Source of the DNA: Pseudobacteriovorax antillogorgiicola
GTDB taxonomy: Bacteria > Bdellovibrionota_B > Oligoflexia > Oligoflexales > RGVZ01
Length of the DNA: 64,000 nt
Assembly (NCBI GenBank): GCA_945898195.1
Contig: CAMDHM010000002.1
Span: 1 to 64,000 of the forward strand
Direction of reading: 5' to 3'
Part shown: positions 47,639 to 56,610 of the stretch, in pieces
Layout: every line of letters starts with the position of its first letter
Numbering within the stretch: the first letter of the stretch is position 1
Translations under genes and position numbers: made by a program
Notes under the pieces: model-generated
Databases searched by the model: none
Told to the model about the DNA's origin: nothing
The model's input: the letters and a program-made list of their open reading frames with translations, nothing else

Positions 47639-50116
47639 ATGACCGCTGTGGTTGTGACTCAAAGTCTTGAGATGAGTTCTGAGATTCCACTACTTCCCTT
47701 AAAGGATATTGTGGTGTTTCCGCACATGATTGTACCCGTCTTCGTCAATGAAGACCTTTGCATCAGCGCCGTCGAAACGGCGATGGCTGGCAATAAAAAA
47801 ATATTCCTCTCGGCCTTTAAGGTTGCGGGGGAAGATGGGACGGGTCTGGAGGCATCTTTAGAGCCCCCGTTCGATGTCTATGCCACAGGAACGGTCTGTT
47901 CCATCATGCGCACGCGCAAACTTCCAGATGGCCGCATGAAGGTTCTCGTGCAGGGCCTCTATAAGGCAAAGTTAATCACGCTCCTTAAGAACGAAGGTCA
48001 TCCGATGGTCCAGACCAGAACGGTTCTGGATGATAATTGCGTCAATGGAGCTCCCGAGACGGAGGCCATGATTCGCGCCGTTCGTGAAAACCTTGAAAAG
48101 GTCGTTGGCCTTGGCAAAGTCCTTTCGCCGGACATCTTGATGGTGCTTGAGGACGTGAATGAGCCGGGTCGTCTTGCCGACCTTGTGGCCGCAAACCTCG
48201 GCCTTAAGGTTCATGAGTCTCAGTCGATCCTTGCCCTGGCAAATCCAGTCGAACGCCTGCGCCGTGTCTACGGTTTCCTCGCACGGGAAATCGAGGTCTA
48301 TCAAATGCAGGTCAAGATCCAGTCCCAGGCAAAAGAAGAGATCAGCCGCATGCAGCGCGAGCATTATCTTCGCGAACAAATGCGTGTGATTCGCAGCGAA
48401 TTGGGCGACAACGACGGCAAAGAAGAGATGGAAGCCTTGTGGAAACGCATGGAAGAACTTCAGCTGAGCGCTGAGGCCAAGGAGGAGACGTCTCGTCAGC
48501 TGCGTCGCTTGGAGCGTATGCACCAAGACACCAGCGAAGCCGCCTTGACCCGTACCCACGTGGAAACCCTTTTGGCATTACCGTGGGGAGTCAAATCTCC
48601 TGATATTTTGGACCTGAAGAATGTAAAAAAGATTCTGGACGAAGACCACTTCGGTCTGGATCAGGTGAAGGACCGCATCCTTGAGTATCTCGCCGTCAAA
48701 AAGTTGAACCCCGAGGCAAAGAGTCCGATTATTTGTTTCGTTGGCCCCCCCGGCGTTGGCAAAACGAGCCTTGGTCGTTCGATTGCGCGCGCCGTTGGCC
48801 GGCAGTTCTCTAGAATATCTTTGGGTGGCGTGCGCGATGAGGCCGACATTCGTGGCCATCGTAAAACTTATGTTGGCGCCTTTCCGGGACGCGTTGTTTC
48901 CAGCATGAAGGCTGCCAAGAGCATGAATCCGATCATCATGCTCGATGAAATAGACAAGCTTGGAAACGATCACCGTGGTGATCCATCGTCGGCGCTTCTT
49001 GAGGTTCTCGATCCGGAACAGAATAAGGCATTTGTCGATCATTACCTTGGCGTTGCTTTTGATCTGTCCGACGTGATGTTCATTGCCAACGCAAATACCC
49101 TCGATACGATCCCGGCACCCCTGCGTGACCGCCTCGAGATTATTGAAGTGTCGGGGTATTCCGAGGAAGAAAAAGTGACCATCGCCAATCAGTATCTCAT
49201 TCCAAAGCAGATCAAAGAGTCTGGCCTGGGTGATGCGGGCGTGGTGTTTGGCAAGGCTGCCGTTTCCACCATCATCAACAGCTACACTCGCGAGAGTGGC
49301 CTACGTGGCCTTGAGAAGCTCATCGCTTCAATCTGCCGCAAGATTGCCCGTCAACAGGCGGAGGCTCTTGATGTGGCCGACAACGATGATACCAAGAAAA
49401 CCGTCGCGGTTCGTTTGACTCCGGCTCTAGTTCAGCGCCACCTCGGTGCCGAGCGTTATGTGGGGGATGCCATTCACCGCGAATCGACCGTTGGAGTCGC
49501 CATGGGACTGGCTTACACGCCTTACGGCGGCGAAGTTCTGGCAATTGAAACTAATTTGATTCCGACGGGCAAGGGTCGCCTTGTTTTAACTGGTCAGCTT
49601 GGTGACGTGATGAAGGAGTCGGCACAAACCGCCTTCAGTTATTTGCGGGCACGGGCTGCTGATTTCGGCTTTGATCCGGAATTGCTCAATAAGAACGAGA
49701 TCCACGTCCACGTTCCCGCTGGCGGCGTCCCGAAGGATGGTCCGAGCGCAGGAATCACGATTGCGACATCGATCCTTTCGGCCTTGAAAAAAACGGCACC
49801 TTCGCAGCATGCCGCCATGACCGGAGAGATCAGCCTTCACGGTAAGGTCCTTCCAATTGGTGGGCTGCGCGAGAAAATGCTCGCGGCACTGCGCGAAGGG
49901 ATCACCTCGGTGCTTGTTCCAGAGAAAAACCGCAGCTCCTTTGACGCCCTGCCGGTAAACGTCAAGCGTCGTATCAAGGTTCGTTTCGTGAAAGAATACA
50001 CGGAAGTCTTTGAGGAACTTTTCGGAAATTCCGAGAATCTTAGTAAGTTGGCTTTGGTGGCTGACGCAGAAAAGGCTGTGGACGTGGGCGACGTAAGTCA
50101 GGATCTGGCTAGTTAA
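47639..50116 (+). CDS. lon: ATP-dependent protease Lon
   Basis: 825 aa. Lon N-domain (…LPLLPLKDIVVFPHMIVPVFV…). Walker A GPPGVGKTS. Protease Ser motif PKDGPSAGIT. Confidence 0.95.
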   Translation: MTAVVVTQSLEMSSEIPLLPLKDIVVFPHMIVPVFVNEDLCISAVETAMAGNKKIFLSAFKVAGEDGTGLEASLEPPFDVYATGTVCSIMRTRKLPDGRMKVLVQGLYKAKLITLLKNEGHPMVQTRTVLDDNCVNGAPETEAMIRAVRENLEKVVGLGKVLSPDILMVLEDVNEPGRLADLVAANLGLKVHESQSILALANPVERLRRVYGFLAREIEVYQMQVKIQSQAKEEISRMQREHYLREQMRVIRSELGDNDGKEEMEALWKRMEELQLSAEAKEETSRQLRRLERMHQDTSEAALTRTHVETLLALPWGVKSPDILDLKNVKKILDEDHFGLDQVKDRILEYLAVKKLNPEAKSPIICFVGPPGVGKTSLGRSIARAVGRQFSRISLGGVRDEADIRGHRKTYVGAFPGRVVSSMKAAKSMNPIIMLDEIDKLGNDHRGDPSSALLEVLDPEQNKAFVDHYLGVAFDLSDVMFIANANTLDTIPAPLRDRLEIIEVSGYSEEEKVTIANQYLIPKQIKESGLGDAGVVFGKAAVSTIINSYTRESGLRGLEKLIASICRKIARQQAEALDVADNDDTKKTVAVRLTPALVQRHLGAERYVGDAIHRESTVGVAMGLAYTPYGGEVLAIETNLIPTGKGRLVLTGQLGDVMKESAQTAFSYLRARAADFGFDPELLNKNEIHVHVPAGGVPKDGPSAGITIATSILSALKKTAPSQHAAMTGEISLHGKVLPIGGLREKMLAALREGITSVLVPEKNRSSFDALPVNVKRRIKVRFVKEYTEVFEELFGNSENLSKLALVADAEKAVDVGDVSQDLAS

Positions 50117-50125
50117 GGAGGCTTA

Positions 50126-50353
50126 ATGCGAGAAAATTTTGCAGCGGCAGGTCGGATTCTTTTCCACGGCGTTATTTGGGTTTTTGTCCTGTCAATTCGC
50201 GTGGATGGACAGACGATTTTCTCTCGCGCTCACGAAGTTCTGGTTAATAATCAGGTGGTTGCGGCAATTGAAGGCCAGGCTGCAAGGGGCATCCAGGCCG
50301 TGTTAGACATGGCGGCCACCGGCGCAGGCAGGCTTCTTAAGGGCCGCGGCTAG
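50126..50353 (+). CDS. small hypothetical membrane protein (75 aa)
   Basis: Strong SD AAGGAGG 4-5 nt before the ATG, immediately after the lon stop. One predicted TM helix (ILFHGVIWVFVLSI). Confidence 0.4.
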   Translation: MRENFAAAGRILFHGVIWVFVLSIRVDGQTIFSRAHEVLVNNQVVAAIEGQAARGIQAVLDMAATGAGRLLKGRG

Positions 50354-50395
50354 GACTGAGGAGCCTCGATTCCCAATTAATTTTATGCTAACCCT

Positions 50396-50965
50396 GTGGC
50401 CTCTCACAGGAGTTTGCACGTGTCCGTACTAGATGTTCTCGTTTGGCCCGCAAAAGTGCTTGAAACTAAGGCAGTGCCTGTCACCCACTTCGATGACGCC
50501 CTAAAGGCGTTCGTCACCAATATGTTTGACACCATGCTGGACTCAGGCGGAATTGGCTTGGCAGCGAATCAAGTGGGCGACCTTCGTCGCGTCGTGGTGA
50601 TTGAAATCCCATGGGCTGAAAGTAAGTATGCCGACCAGGAAGAAAAGCGGGAGCCTTGGCACAACAAGCGCTGGGTTTTAATCAATCCTGAAATCACTAA
50701 AAAAGCAGGTAAAATCCGTTGGCAGGAAGGCTGCTTGAGCTTTCCGGAAGTTTACGATTTTGTTGATCGGGCGGCAGAGGTCTGGGTGAAGGCATTTGAC
50801 GAGCACGGTAAGCTTTTAGAGTTCCATGCTAACGACCTTTTTGCCGTATGCATCCAACACGAGATTGATCACTTGGATGGTATTGTGTTCTTTCAGCGCA
50901 TGTCACGCCTGAAGGCGGATATCATCAAGAAAAAGATGCTGCGCCGCGGATTAGTGAACGAATAG
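50396..50965 (+). CDS. def: peptide deformylase
   Basis: Motifs GIGLAANQVG, EGCLSFPE and HEIDHLDG. Confidence 0.9.
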   Translation: MASHRSLHVSVLDVLVWPAKVLETKAVPVTHFDDALKAFVTNMFDTMLDSGGIGLAANQVGDLRRVVVIEIPWAESKYADQEEKREPWHNKRWVLINPEITKKAGKIRWQEGCLSFPEVYDFVDRAAEVWVKAFDEHGKLLEFHANDLFAVCIQHEIDHLDGIVFFQRMSRLKADIIKKKMLRRGLVNE

Positions 50966-50987
50966 CCCACGAAATAAGGAGGCGGCA

Positions 50988-51668
50988 GTGACTCATACGT
51001 CGGACGTCTTGGTGTCGCCCTCCATCCTGTCGGCTGATTTTTTGCACCTTGCCGAAGAGATTTCTTCGATTGAATTGGCTGGCGCAGATTGGCACCATAT
51101 TGACGTGATGGATGGCCACTTCGTCCCCAACCTTACCTTTGGCCTGCCGATCATCCGGCAGATAAAATCCGTGGCGACCAAGCCCCTTGATGTGCACATC
51201 ATGGTCGACAATCCCGATGAAGTTGCAGCAAGTTATGTCGATGCTGGAGCCGACTGGTTGACCTTTCACGTTGAAGCTTCAAAAGACCCTGTCGCCCTGG
51301 CAAAAGCCATCCAAGCCAAGGGGGCAAAGGCTGGGATTTCCCTTCGTCCAGCGACTTCCATTGAATCTTTAAAGCAACTTCTTCCCCATATGGATTTAGT
51401 TTTGATCATGAGTGTGAATCCTGGTTTTGGTGGACAGGCGTTCATGGCGGATGCTCCGGACCGAATTGCGGCAATTGCCGCAATGGCGGAATCGGCTGGG
51501 ATCCGTCAGCGAATCAAGATCAGCGTGGATGGAGGCATAAATCCGTCTACAGCGAAATTGGTGCGAGCGCGTGGAGTTGACGTCGTTGACGTTCTTGTCG
51601 CCGGGACGGCTGTTTACGGAGCGAAAGACCGCCGTCAGGCGATCACTACCTTGAAGGAATCCAAATGA
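50988..51668 (+). CDS. rpe: ribulose-phosphate 3-epimerase
   Basis: …SPSILSADFLHLAEEI…HIDVMDGHFVPNLTFG…. 226 aa. Confidence 0.85.
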   Translation: MTHTSDVLVSPSILSADFLHLAEEISSIELAGADWHHIDVMDGHFVPNLTFGLPIIRQIKSVATKPLDVHIMVDNPDEVAASYVDAGADWLTFHVEASKDPVALAKAIQAKGAKAGISLRPATSIESLKQLLPHMDLVLIMSVNPGFGGQAFMADAPDRIAAIAAMAESAGIRQRIKISVDGGINPSTAKLVRARGVDVVDVLVAGTAVYGAKDRRQAITTLKESK

Positions 51669-53206
51669 AGGCGTCGCCATTTAAACTCGGCACTGAAAAT
51701 TTAACCGCCGCAACGCTGGTGGCACTGGCTCGTCAAAAGAATCCTCCGCTTCACGTTCAGCCGGAAGCCTGGCAGCGGCTCGAAGATTTTCGCAAGGTGG
51801 TCGAAGGATTCGCCAAAGCGGACCAAAAAACCTACGGAATCAACACCGGTTTTGGTTTTTTGTCGGACGTCAAAATTCCACCAGATAAACTGGCGCAACT
51901 TCAAGTGAACCTGATCCGGTCCCATGCCTGCGCGGTGGGCAATCACTTTAAACCTGAGGTGGTTCGCGGGCTTTTGATCCTTCGCGCCCACACCTTTCTG
52001 ATTGGGCACAGTGGAGTTTCTCGTGAGTTGGTCGCAACCGTATTGGCCTTTCTTGAATATGACATCTTGCCCGTCATTCCAGAAAAAGGCAGCGTTGGCG
52101 CGTCGGGGGATTTGGCCCCGCTAGCCCATTTGGCGATGGGACTTATGGGCGAGGGCGAGGTTTATTTCAAGGACCGTTTGATGCCGGCTTCCAAGGCCTT
52201 AGAAGAGGCTGGTGTGAAGCCCTTTAAGCCTGGCGCCAAAGAGGGCCTGTCCTGCATCAATGGCACCCACCTGATGGCAACGCTCGGGGCATTTGCCTGT
52301 GTCGATGCACTGACTTTATTTCAGTCGGCAGACATTATAGCAGCGATGAGCCTTGATGCAATTCGTGGCACGCTCCGCGCTTTTGATGCGCGGATTCATC
52401 AAGTCCGCAAGCAGAGCTCCCAGGGTCTCGTGGCAGAGAATTTTCGGCAATTATTTGCTGGCCACGATGCCATCAGAGAATCTCACGCCACGTGCGAAAA
52501 GGTTCAAGATCCTTACAGCTTTCGCTGCATCCCGCAGGTTCATGGTGCGGCTCGAGGCGCCCTTGAACATATTCGTGAAGTCATTGAAGGTGATTTAAAT
52601 TCGGTTACCGATAATCCCCTGATCTTCATTGAGGGCGATGCCGGCAGGGACGTCATCAGCGGTGGAAACTTTCATGGCGAACCGTTGGCCATGGCACTTG
52701 ATTATTTAGCGATCGCCGCGGCAGAGATCGCTAATATTTCGGAACGTCGCATTGAAAAATTGACCAACCCCACCCAGAGTGGGCTGCCGCCGTTTGTGAC
52801 CGCTGATAGCGGCTTGAATTCTGGGTTCATGATCCCTCATGTTGTTGCGGCCGCCCTTGTTTCTGAAAACAAAATTCTTTGCCATCCGGCGTCGGTGGAC
52901 AGCATTCCGACGTCGGCCGACAAGGAAGACCATGTCAGCATGGGCCCAATCTCCGCGCGAAAGGCGCGTGAGGTGATTGATAATGCGATGCATGTCATTG
53001 CCATTGAGGCCTTAACAGCGACTCAGGGTATCGATCTTTTAGCTCCACTACAGCCATCTCCTGCCCTACAAAGGGTCAGGGTGGAAATCCGCAAAATATC
53101 GCCGACGGTGGATTCGGACCGTTCCATGCACCACGATATCACAAGGGTCAAAGCGTGGCTTTCTGACGGGAAGGCTGTGACTGCTTCAGGTATTACGCTA
53201 AGATAA
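51665..53206 (+). CDS. hutH: histidine ammonia-lyase (MIO-dependent aromatic amino acid lyase family)
   Basis: 513 aa. GINTGFGFLS… and the MIO-forming Ala-Ser-Gly triad in GSVGASGDLAPLAH. The HAL-type 'RSHACAVG' segment suggests histidine specificity. The start overlaps the rpe stop (ATGA). Confidence 0.75.
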   Translation: MKASPFKLGTENLTAATLVALARQKNPPLHVQPEAWQRLEDFRKVVEGFAKADQKTYGINTGFGFLSDVKIPPDKLAQLQVNLIRSHACAVGNHFKPEVVRGLLILRAHTFLIGHSGVSRELVATVLAFLEYDILPVIPEKGSVGASGDLAPLAHLAMGLMGEGEVYFKDRLMPASKALEEAGVKPFKPGAKEGLSCINGTHLMATLGAFACVDALTLFQSADIIAAMSLDAIRGTLRAFDARIHQVRKQSSQGLVAENFRQLFAGHDAIRESHATCEKVQDPYSFRCIPQVHGAARGALEHIREVIEGDLNSVTDNPLIFIEGDAGRDVISGGNFHGEPLAMALDYLAIAAAEIANISERRIEKLTNPTQSGLPPFVTADSGLNSGFMIPHVVAAALVSENKILCHPASVDSIPTSADKEDHVSMGPISARKAREVIDNAMHVIAIEALTATQGIDLLAPLQPSPALQRVRVEIRKISPTVDSDRSMHHDITRVKAWLSDGKAVTASGITLR

Positions 53207-53235
53207 CAGCATCAAGAAAATGAACGGAGCGCCGC

Positions 53236-53679
53236 GTGTTCAAATCAATTCTGACAATGTTTGCAATAGTGGAAATGTCCTGTTCTTTCGGAGCCGCATT
53301 GGCGGCAGGAAAAATGGAACGAATTGGTGGCGACTACCGCCTAAAGGAAATATCTAATCACTGCTCCGGCAAAAAACAGACGACTTGCTTTCGTTTGGTT
53401 TTTGAGGCGCTGAAAATGACGGGCCGCTTTGATGTGCTGTTGCTCGAGAGCAGCCATGTCAATGTGGGTGTGAAAAAAGGTGACCAGGTTCGTCTTTCCG
53501 CAGAAATTGCCGAAGATCACGGCAAGAGCGCCGAGGTCTCGCAGGTCGTGCTTTTTGACGACTCCGGAAAATCACGTCCACCGGCATGGATGTTATCCAG
53601 CAAGCACAAGGCTAGTCCTGGACCAGCGGCGCGCTACATTGATATGCACGTGCCGCAAACTGACTTTTTAGTTCTCTGA
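53236..53679 (+). CDS. secreted hypothetical protein (147 aa)
   Basis: Signal-peptide-like N-terminus. No motif assigned. Confidence 0.4.
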   Translation: MFKSILTMFAIVEMSCSFGAALAAGKMERIGGDYRLKEISNHCSGKKQTTCFRLVFEALKMTGRFDVLLLESSHVNVGVKKGDQVRLSAEIAEDHGKSAEVSQVVLFDDSGKSRPPAWMLSSKHKASPGPAARYIDMHVPQTDFLVL

Positions 53680-53683
53680 TCTT

Positions 53684-54742
53684 ATGCAAGAGCCGCCTCG
53701 CATTCAAGACGATGGTCCAGTGTTGCCGCCGGTTGTACAGCCCGTGGGTGTGAATTATTGGCTTGGCACAATCTCAGGCCGACTAATGGTGATCAACACG
53801 ATCGTTTTTTTGATCATGAGTTGGAAGTCGGGCTCACTGCTTCTTCCGACTCGGGATGTATTGCTTGAGTTTGGTGCGAAGGACCCCGTTGGGTTGGTTC
53901 GCGGCGAGATTTGGCGGTTTTTGACGCCAGTCTTTGTGCATATCGGGGTTATCCACTTCTTTTTTAATTCGATGGGCCTTTACTACATTGGGTATCAGTT
54001 GGAACGGATCCTGGGACGACGGTGGTTTGTCGCCGTTTATCTTGGAGCAGGAATTTGTGGAAATATCGCCAGTGCGGTCTCAAGCGTTGCGATGAGTGCC
54101 GGAGCATCCGGTGCGCTATTTGGATTGCTTGGTGCCGGTTATGTGTTGGAACGAATTGTTGGGCGGCGCATCGAACAGGTCACTGGTCGGCGGCCTCGGC
54201 GACGGATCTATGCCGGCATGGTCGTGATCAACATTATTTTTGGTTTGATGATCCCGGGCATTGATAATGCTGCGCATATGGGCGGTTTGGCAGCTGGGAT
54301 GGCTTTGACCTGGTCCATGTTGCACGTGCGACCGAACCGACTTACCAAGCGAAACAAATTTGCCGGTTATGCTGCAATTGTGGTCCTCATTCTTGCTGCC
54401 CTTGCAGGTATCGGTATGTCAACCAATTCCAAACTATTGGTGGCCCGATTTGAAAAATTTGCGGATTCAGCCTCGTCGGCTCCAGAGGGGATTTACTATT
54501 TGGAACAGGCGTTGCGAATTCTTCCGGGTGATCAACATTTGATCGCCGAGAAGATCAAATTAGTTTTGATGTCTGCGGATCCTCATGATGCGATTGGAGA
54601 CATTCGGCGCTTGTCTGGAAATCCCGGCGGGATCGAAGAATTGCGACGGCTGCAGCATGATTTCCAGCGCGATGGCCTTAGCCGCCAAGCGAAGTTTCTT
54701 GATTTTTTCCTTAGCGATGGAACTGGCCCAGAACCAATTTGA
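53684..54742 (+). CDS. rhomboid-family intramembrane serine protease with C-terminal helical (TPR-like) extension
   Basis: Polytopic. Catalytic GxSG (GASGALFGLLGA). Catalytic His in AHMGGLAAG. A ~100-aa soluble C-terminal tail. Confidence 0.75.
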   Translation: MQEPPRIQDDGPVLPPVVQPVGVNYWLGTISGRLMVINTIVFLIMSWKSGSLLLPTRDVLLEFGAKDPVGLVRGEIWRFLTPVFVHIGVIHFFFNSMGLYYIGYQLERILGRRWFVAVYLGAGICGNIASAVSSVAMSAGASGALFGLLGAGYVLERIVGRRIEQVTGRRPRRRIYAGMVVINIIFGLMIPGIDNAAHMGGLAAGMALTWSMLHVRPNRLTKRNKFAGYAAIVVLILAALAGIGMSTNSKLLVARFEKFADSASSAPEGIYYLEQALRILPGDQHLIAEKIKLVLMSADPHDAIGDIRRLSGNPGGIEELRRLQHDFQRDGLSRQAKFLDFFLSDGTGPEPI

Positions 54743-54744
54743 AT

Positions 54745-55407
54745 TCAGGCAGCGATGATCGTGGTTTTGGCGGACCAAGGCAGGCGGTAAAGTTTGCGAA
54801 GGGTGGCCTTCACGGTGGGCTCTCTCATTCCAAAATCCATTCCCCGTGAAATTGGGCGGGCCAGTTTTTTCTGCCAGAATAGGTCCAGATAACGTGTGGC
54901 CTCCCGGTAACGCATGGTTTCCTCGAGGCTGAGTCCATCGCGGAGCTTGAATCCCAGCACCAGAAAATGACGCAGGCCTGGCAGGAGCACTCGCCCCCCG
55001 CTTTCTCCGACAAGTTCTGGCAGTATGATTAGTTTATCGACCTCGGCCTGCCACTCCAATTCAAGTTGGGTGGTTGCCAGATCCGAGCGTGCCCTTTGGG
55101 TCAGCAGGTGAAAGTGGCTCACCTCTTCAATGATCACCAGCAGTGCGTTAATTCGATGCGGGGTGTAAGGCTCAGACTCGTCAAAGACGACAGCCTGCTC
55201 TAGGGTGGATTGGTTGAATTTAAGGCCGACGTAAAGTCCGTCCTCTTGGGCCACGAGCAAGGCGCCGAAGGGCGCCCCGGCGCGATCGTCTGGCTCTGGT
55301 GCAAGCAAGCAGTCGCAGGCACTCAGCTCAATTTCGAATCCATAATATGACGCCAGGATCCCCTCGATCCGTGCCGTGAGCTCCTTTAATTTAATGAGGG
55401 CTGACAT
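54745..55407 (-). CDS. hypothetical protein (220 aa)
   Basis: Six-frame ORF, 7 nt downstream of the preceding hypothetical gene's stop. No motif assigned. Confidence 0.45.
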   Translation of the reverse strand: MSALIKLKELTARIEGILASYYGFEIELSACDCLLAPEPDDRAGAPFGALLVAQEDGLYVGLKFNQSTLEQAVVFDESEPYTPHRINALLVIIEEVSHFHLLTQRARSDLATTQLELEWQAEVDKLIILPELVGESGGRVLLPGLRHFLVLGFKLRDGLSLEETMRYREATRYLDLFWQKKLARPISRGMDFGMREPTVKATLRKLYRLPWSAKTTIIAA

Positions 55408-55413
55408 GGCGGA

Positions 55414-56034
55414 TCAATGGGCGATCTTGTAGGGGACTTCAACGGGATCGATGCCCTGTTCGTTTAAAATTTTACGCAAACGGTCCGATTGACTTCTGGT
55501 CCAGCGGTCGTAGATGTGGAGTATATCCACGGCTTCCGTGCGGCGCCCCTGTTCTGACACTTCGGCCACAACGTCGACGGCCTGTACAAAATTCAGGGCC
55601 AGTGCCGTCAGGGTTTCCCGGGTGGCCGACTCTGGCAAATTTGGCGTCATGTGCTTGGCAGCCTGCTCGTAACCGGTGCTGCCAAGGGCAATGTAGTAGT
55701 CGATGTCAAAGGTCTTTCGATTGAAATAATCTTGAAAGAACCCGGTGATGTAAAGGCTGGTGTCGCCCAACGCCCGGTAGAGGGCTGGTTTTTGGGGTCT
55801 TGGCGCCTCGGAAGCATCGCGCAGCATGAAGGCCAGTGGCTTTTCAAAAAAGGCCGGCTCACCCGCCTGCGCTCCCGCCTTCCCCGCCGGCACCGCGATA
55901 AAGGAGCAAAGTAGGTTAACAAGATAGAATTCAACCTCGGCCGGCAAATTGACCTTCAACCTTGCCTTTGCTTGATGGACCCGCTCTTGAAAAAACTCCT
56001 GCGGTGTCGCTGTTAAACGGATTTCTTGAACCAT
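55414..56034 (-). CDS. hypothetical protein (206 aa)
   Basis: Six-frame ORF, first gene of a two-gene unit of unknown function. Confidence 0.45.
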   Translation of the reverse strand: MVQEIRLTATPQEFFQERVHQAKARLKVNLPAEVEFYLVNLLCSFIAVPAGKAGAQAGEPAFFEKPLAFMLRDASEAPRPQKPALYRALGDTSLYITGFFQDYFNRKTFDIDYYIALGSTGYEQAAKHMTPNLPESATRETLTALALNFVQAVDVVAEVSEQGRRTEAVDILHIYDRWTRSQSDRLRKILNEQGIDPVEVPYKIAH

Positions 56035-56217
56035 GGTTCCCCCCGCCTTTTTGTGGGCCCGAAACTGGCCAACCGGCCAACAGTCTTATCGGCCACTTTT
56101 GGATTTCCTTGAAAGCCGCCTCCTGTCGGGGGGTTGGCAGGGCTATTTTGGGACTTTCTTTTTTGTTTTTTGACGAAATTTTTCGCCTAAAACCCACGAT
56201 ATTGCTATTTTGTCCTC

Positions 56218-56610
56218 ATGACGAACGAGACCTCAAAGAAGCCAGCAAATCCCTCCGCCTCAATTGATACCACTGCGTCTGACCGCCTTGGCCTGGAGGA
56301 GATTGTCCATCTGGCAAACAAGGTTGGTTTGGAATATGCCTCAGCCAAAAAAGATGCCGACCGCTTGGAGCTACTCAAGCCGACCATTAGAGCACGCATC
56401 ATGATCCGCCTTGATGATGGCGTATTGAACGAGACGCGCCTGCGCCGTCTCACCGAAACGGATCCCGAATACGTTGAATTTCTGGAGAAGATGGCAGAGA
56501 CCCGCGGTGAAGCCGACAAGCTTCGCGTGCGTTATGAGTCCTATAAAAATCTTTTCGAAGCCAAGAGAAGCCTGCTCAGTTATCACAAGGCGGAGATGAA
56601 ACTGGTTTGA
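56218..56610 (+). CDS. hypothetical protein (130 aa)
   Basis: Six-frame ORF. Its 3' end overlaps the histidine-kinase 3' end convergently by 35 bp. No motif assigned. Confidence 0.35.
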   Translation: MTNETSKKPANPSASIDTTASDRLGLEEIVHLANKVGLEYASAKKDADRLELLKPTIRARIMIRLDDGVLNETRLRRLTETDPEYVEFLEKMAETRGEADKLRVRYESYKNLFEAKRSLLSYHKAEMKLV

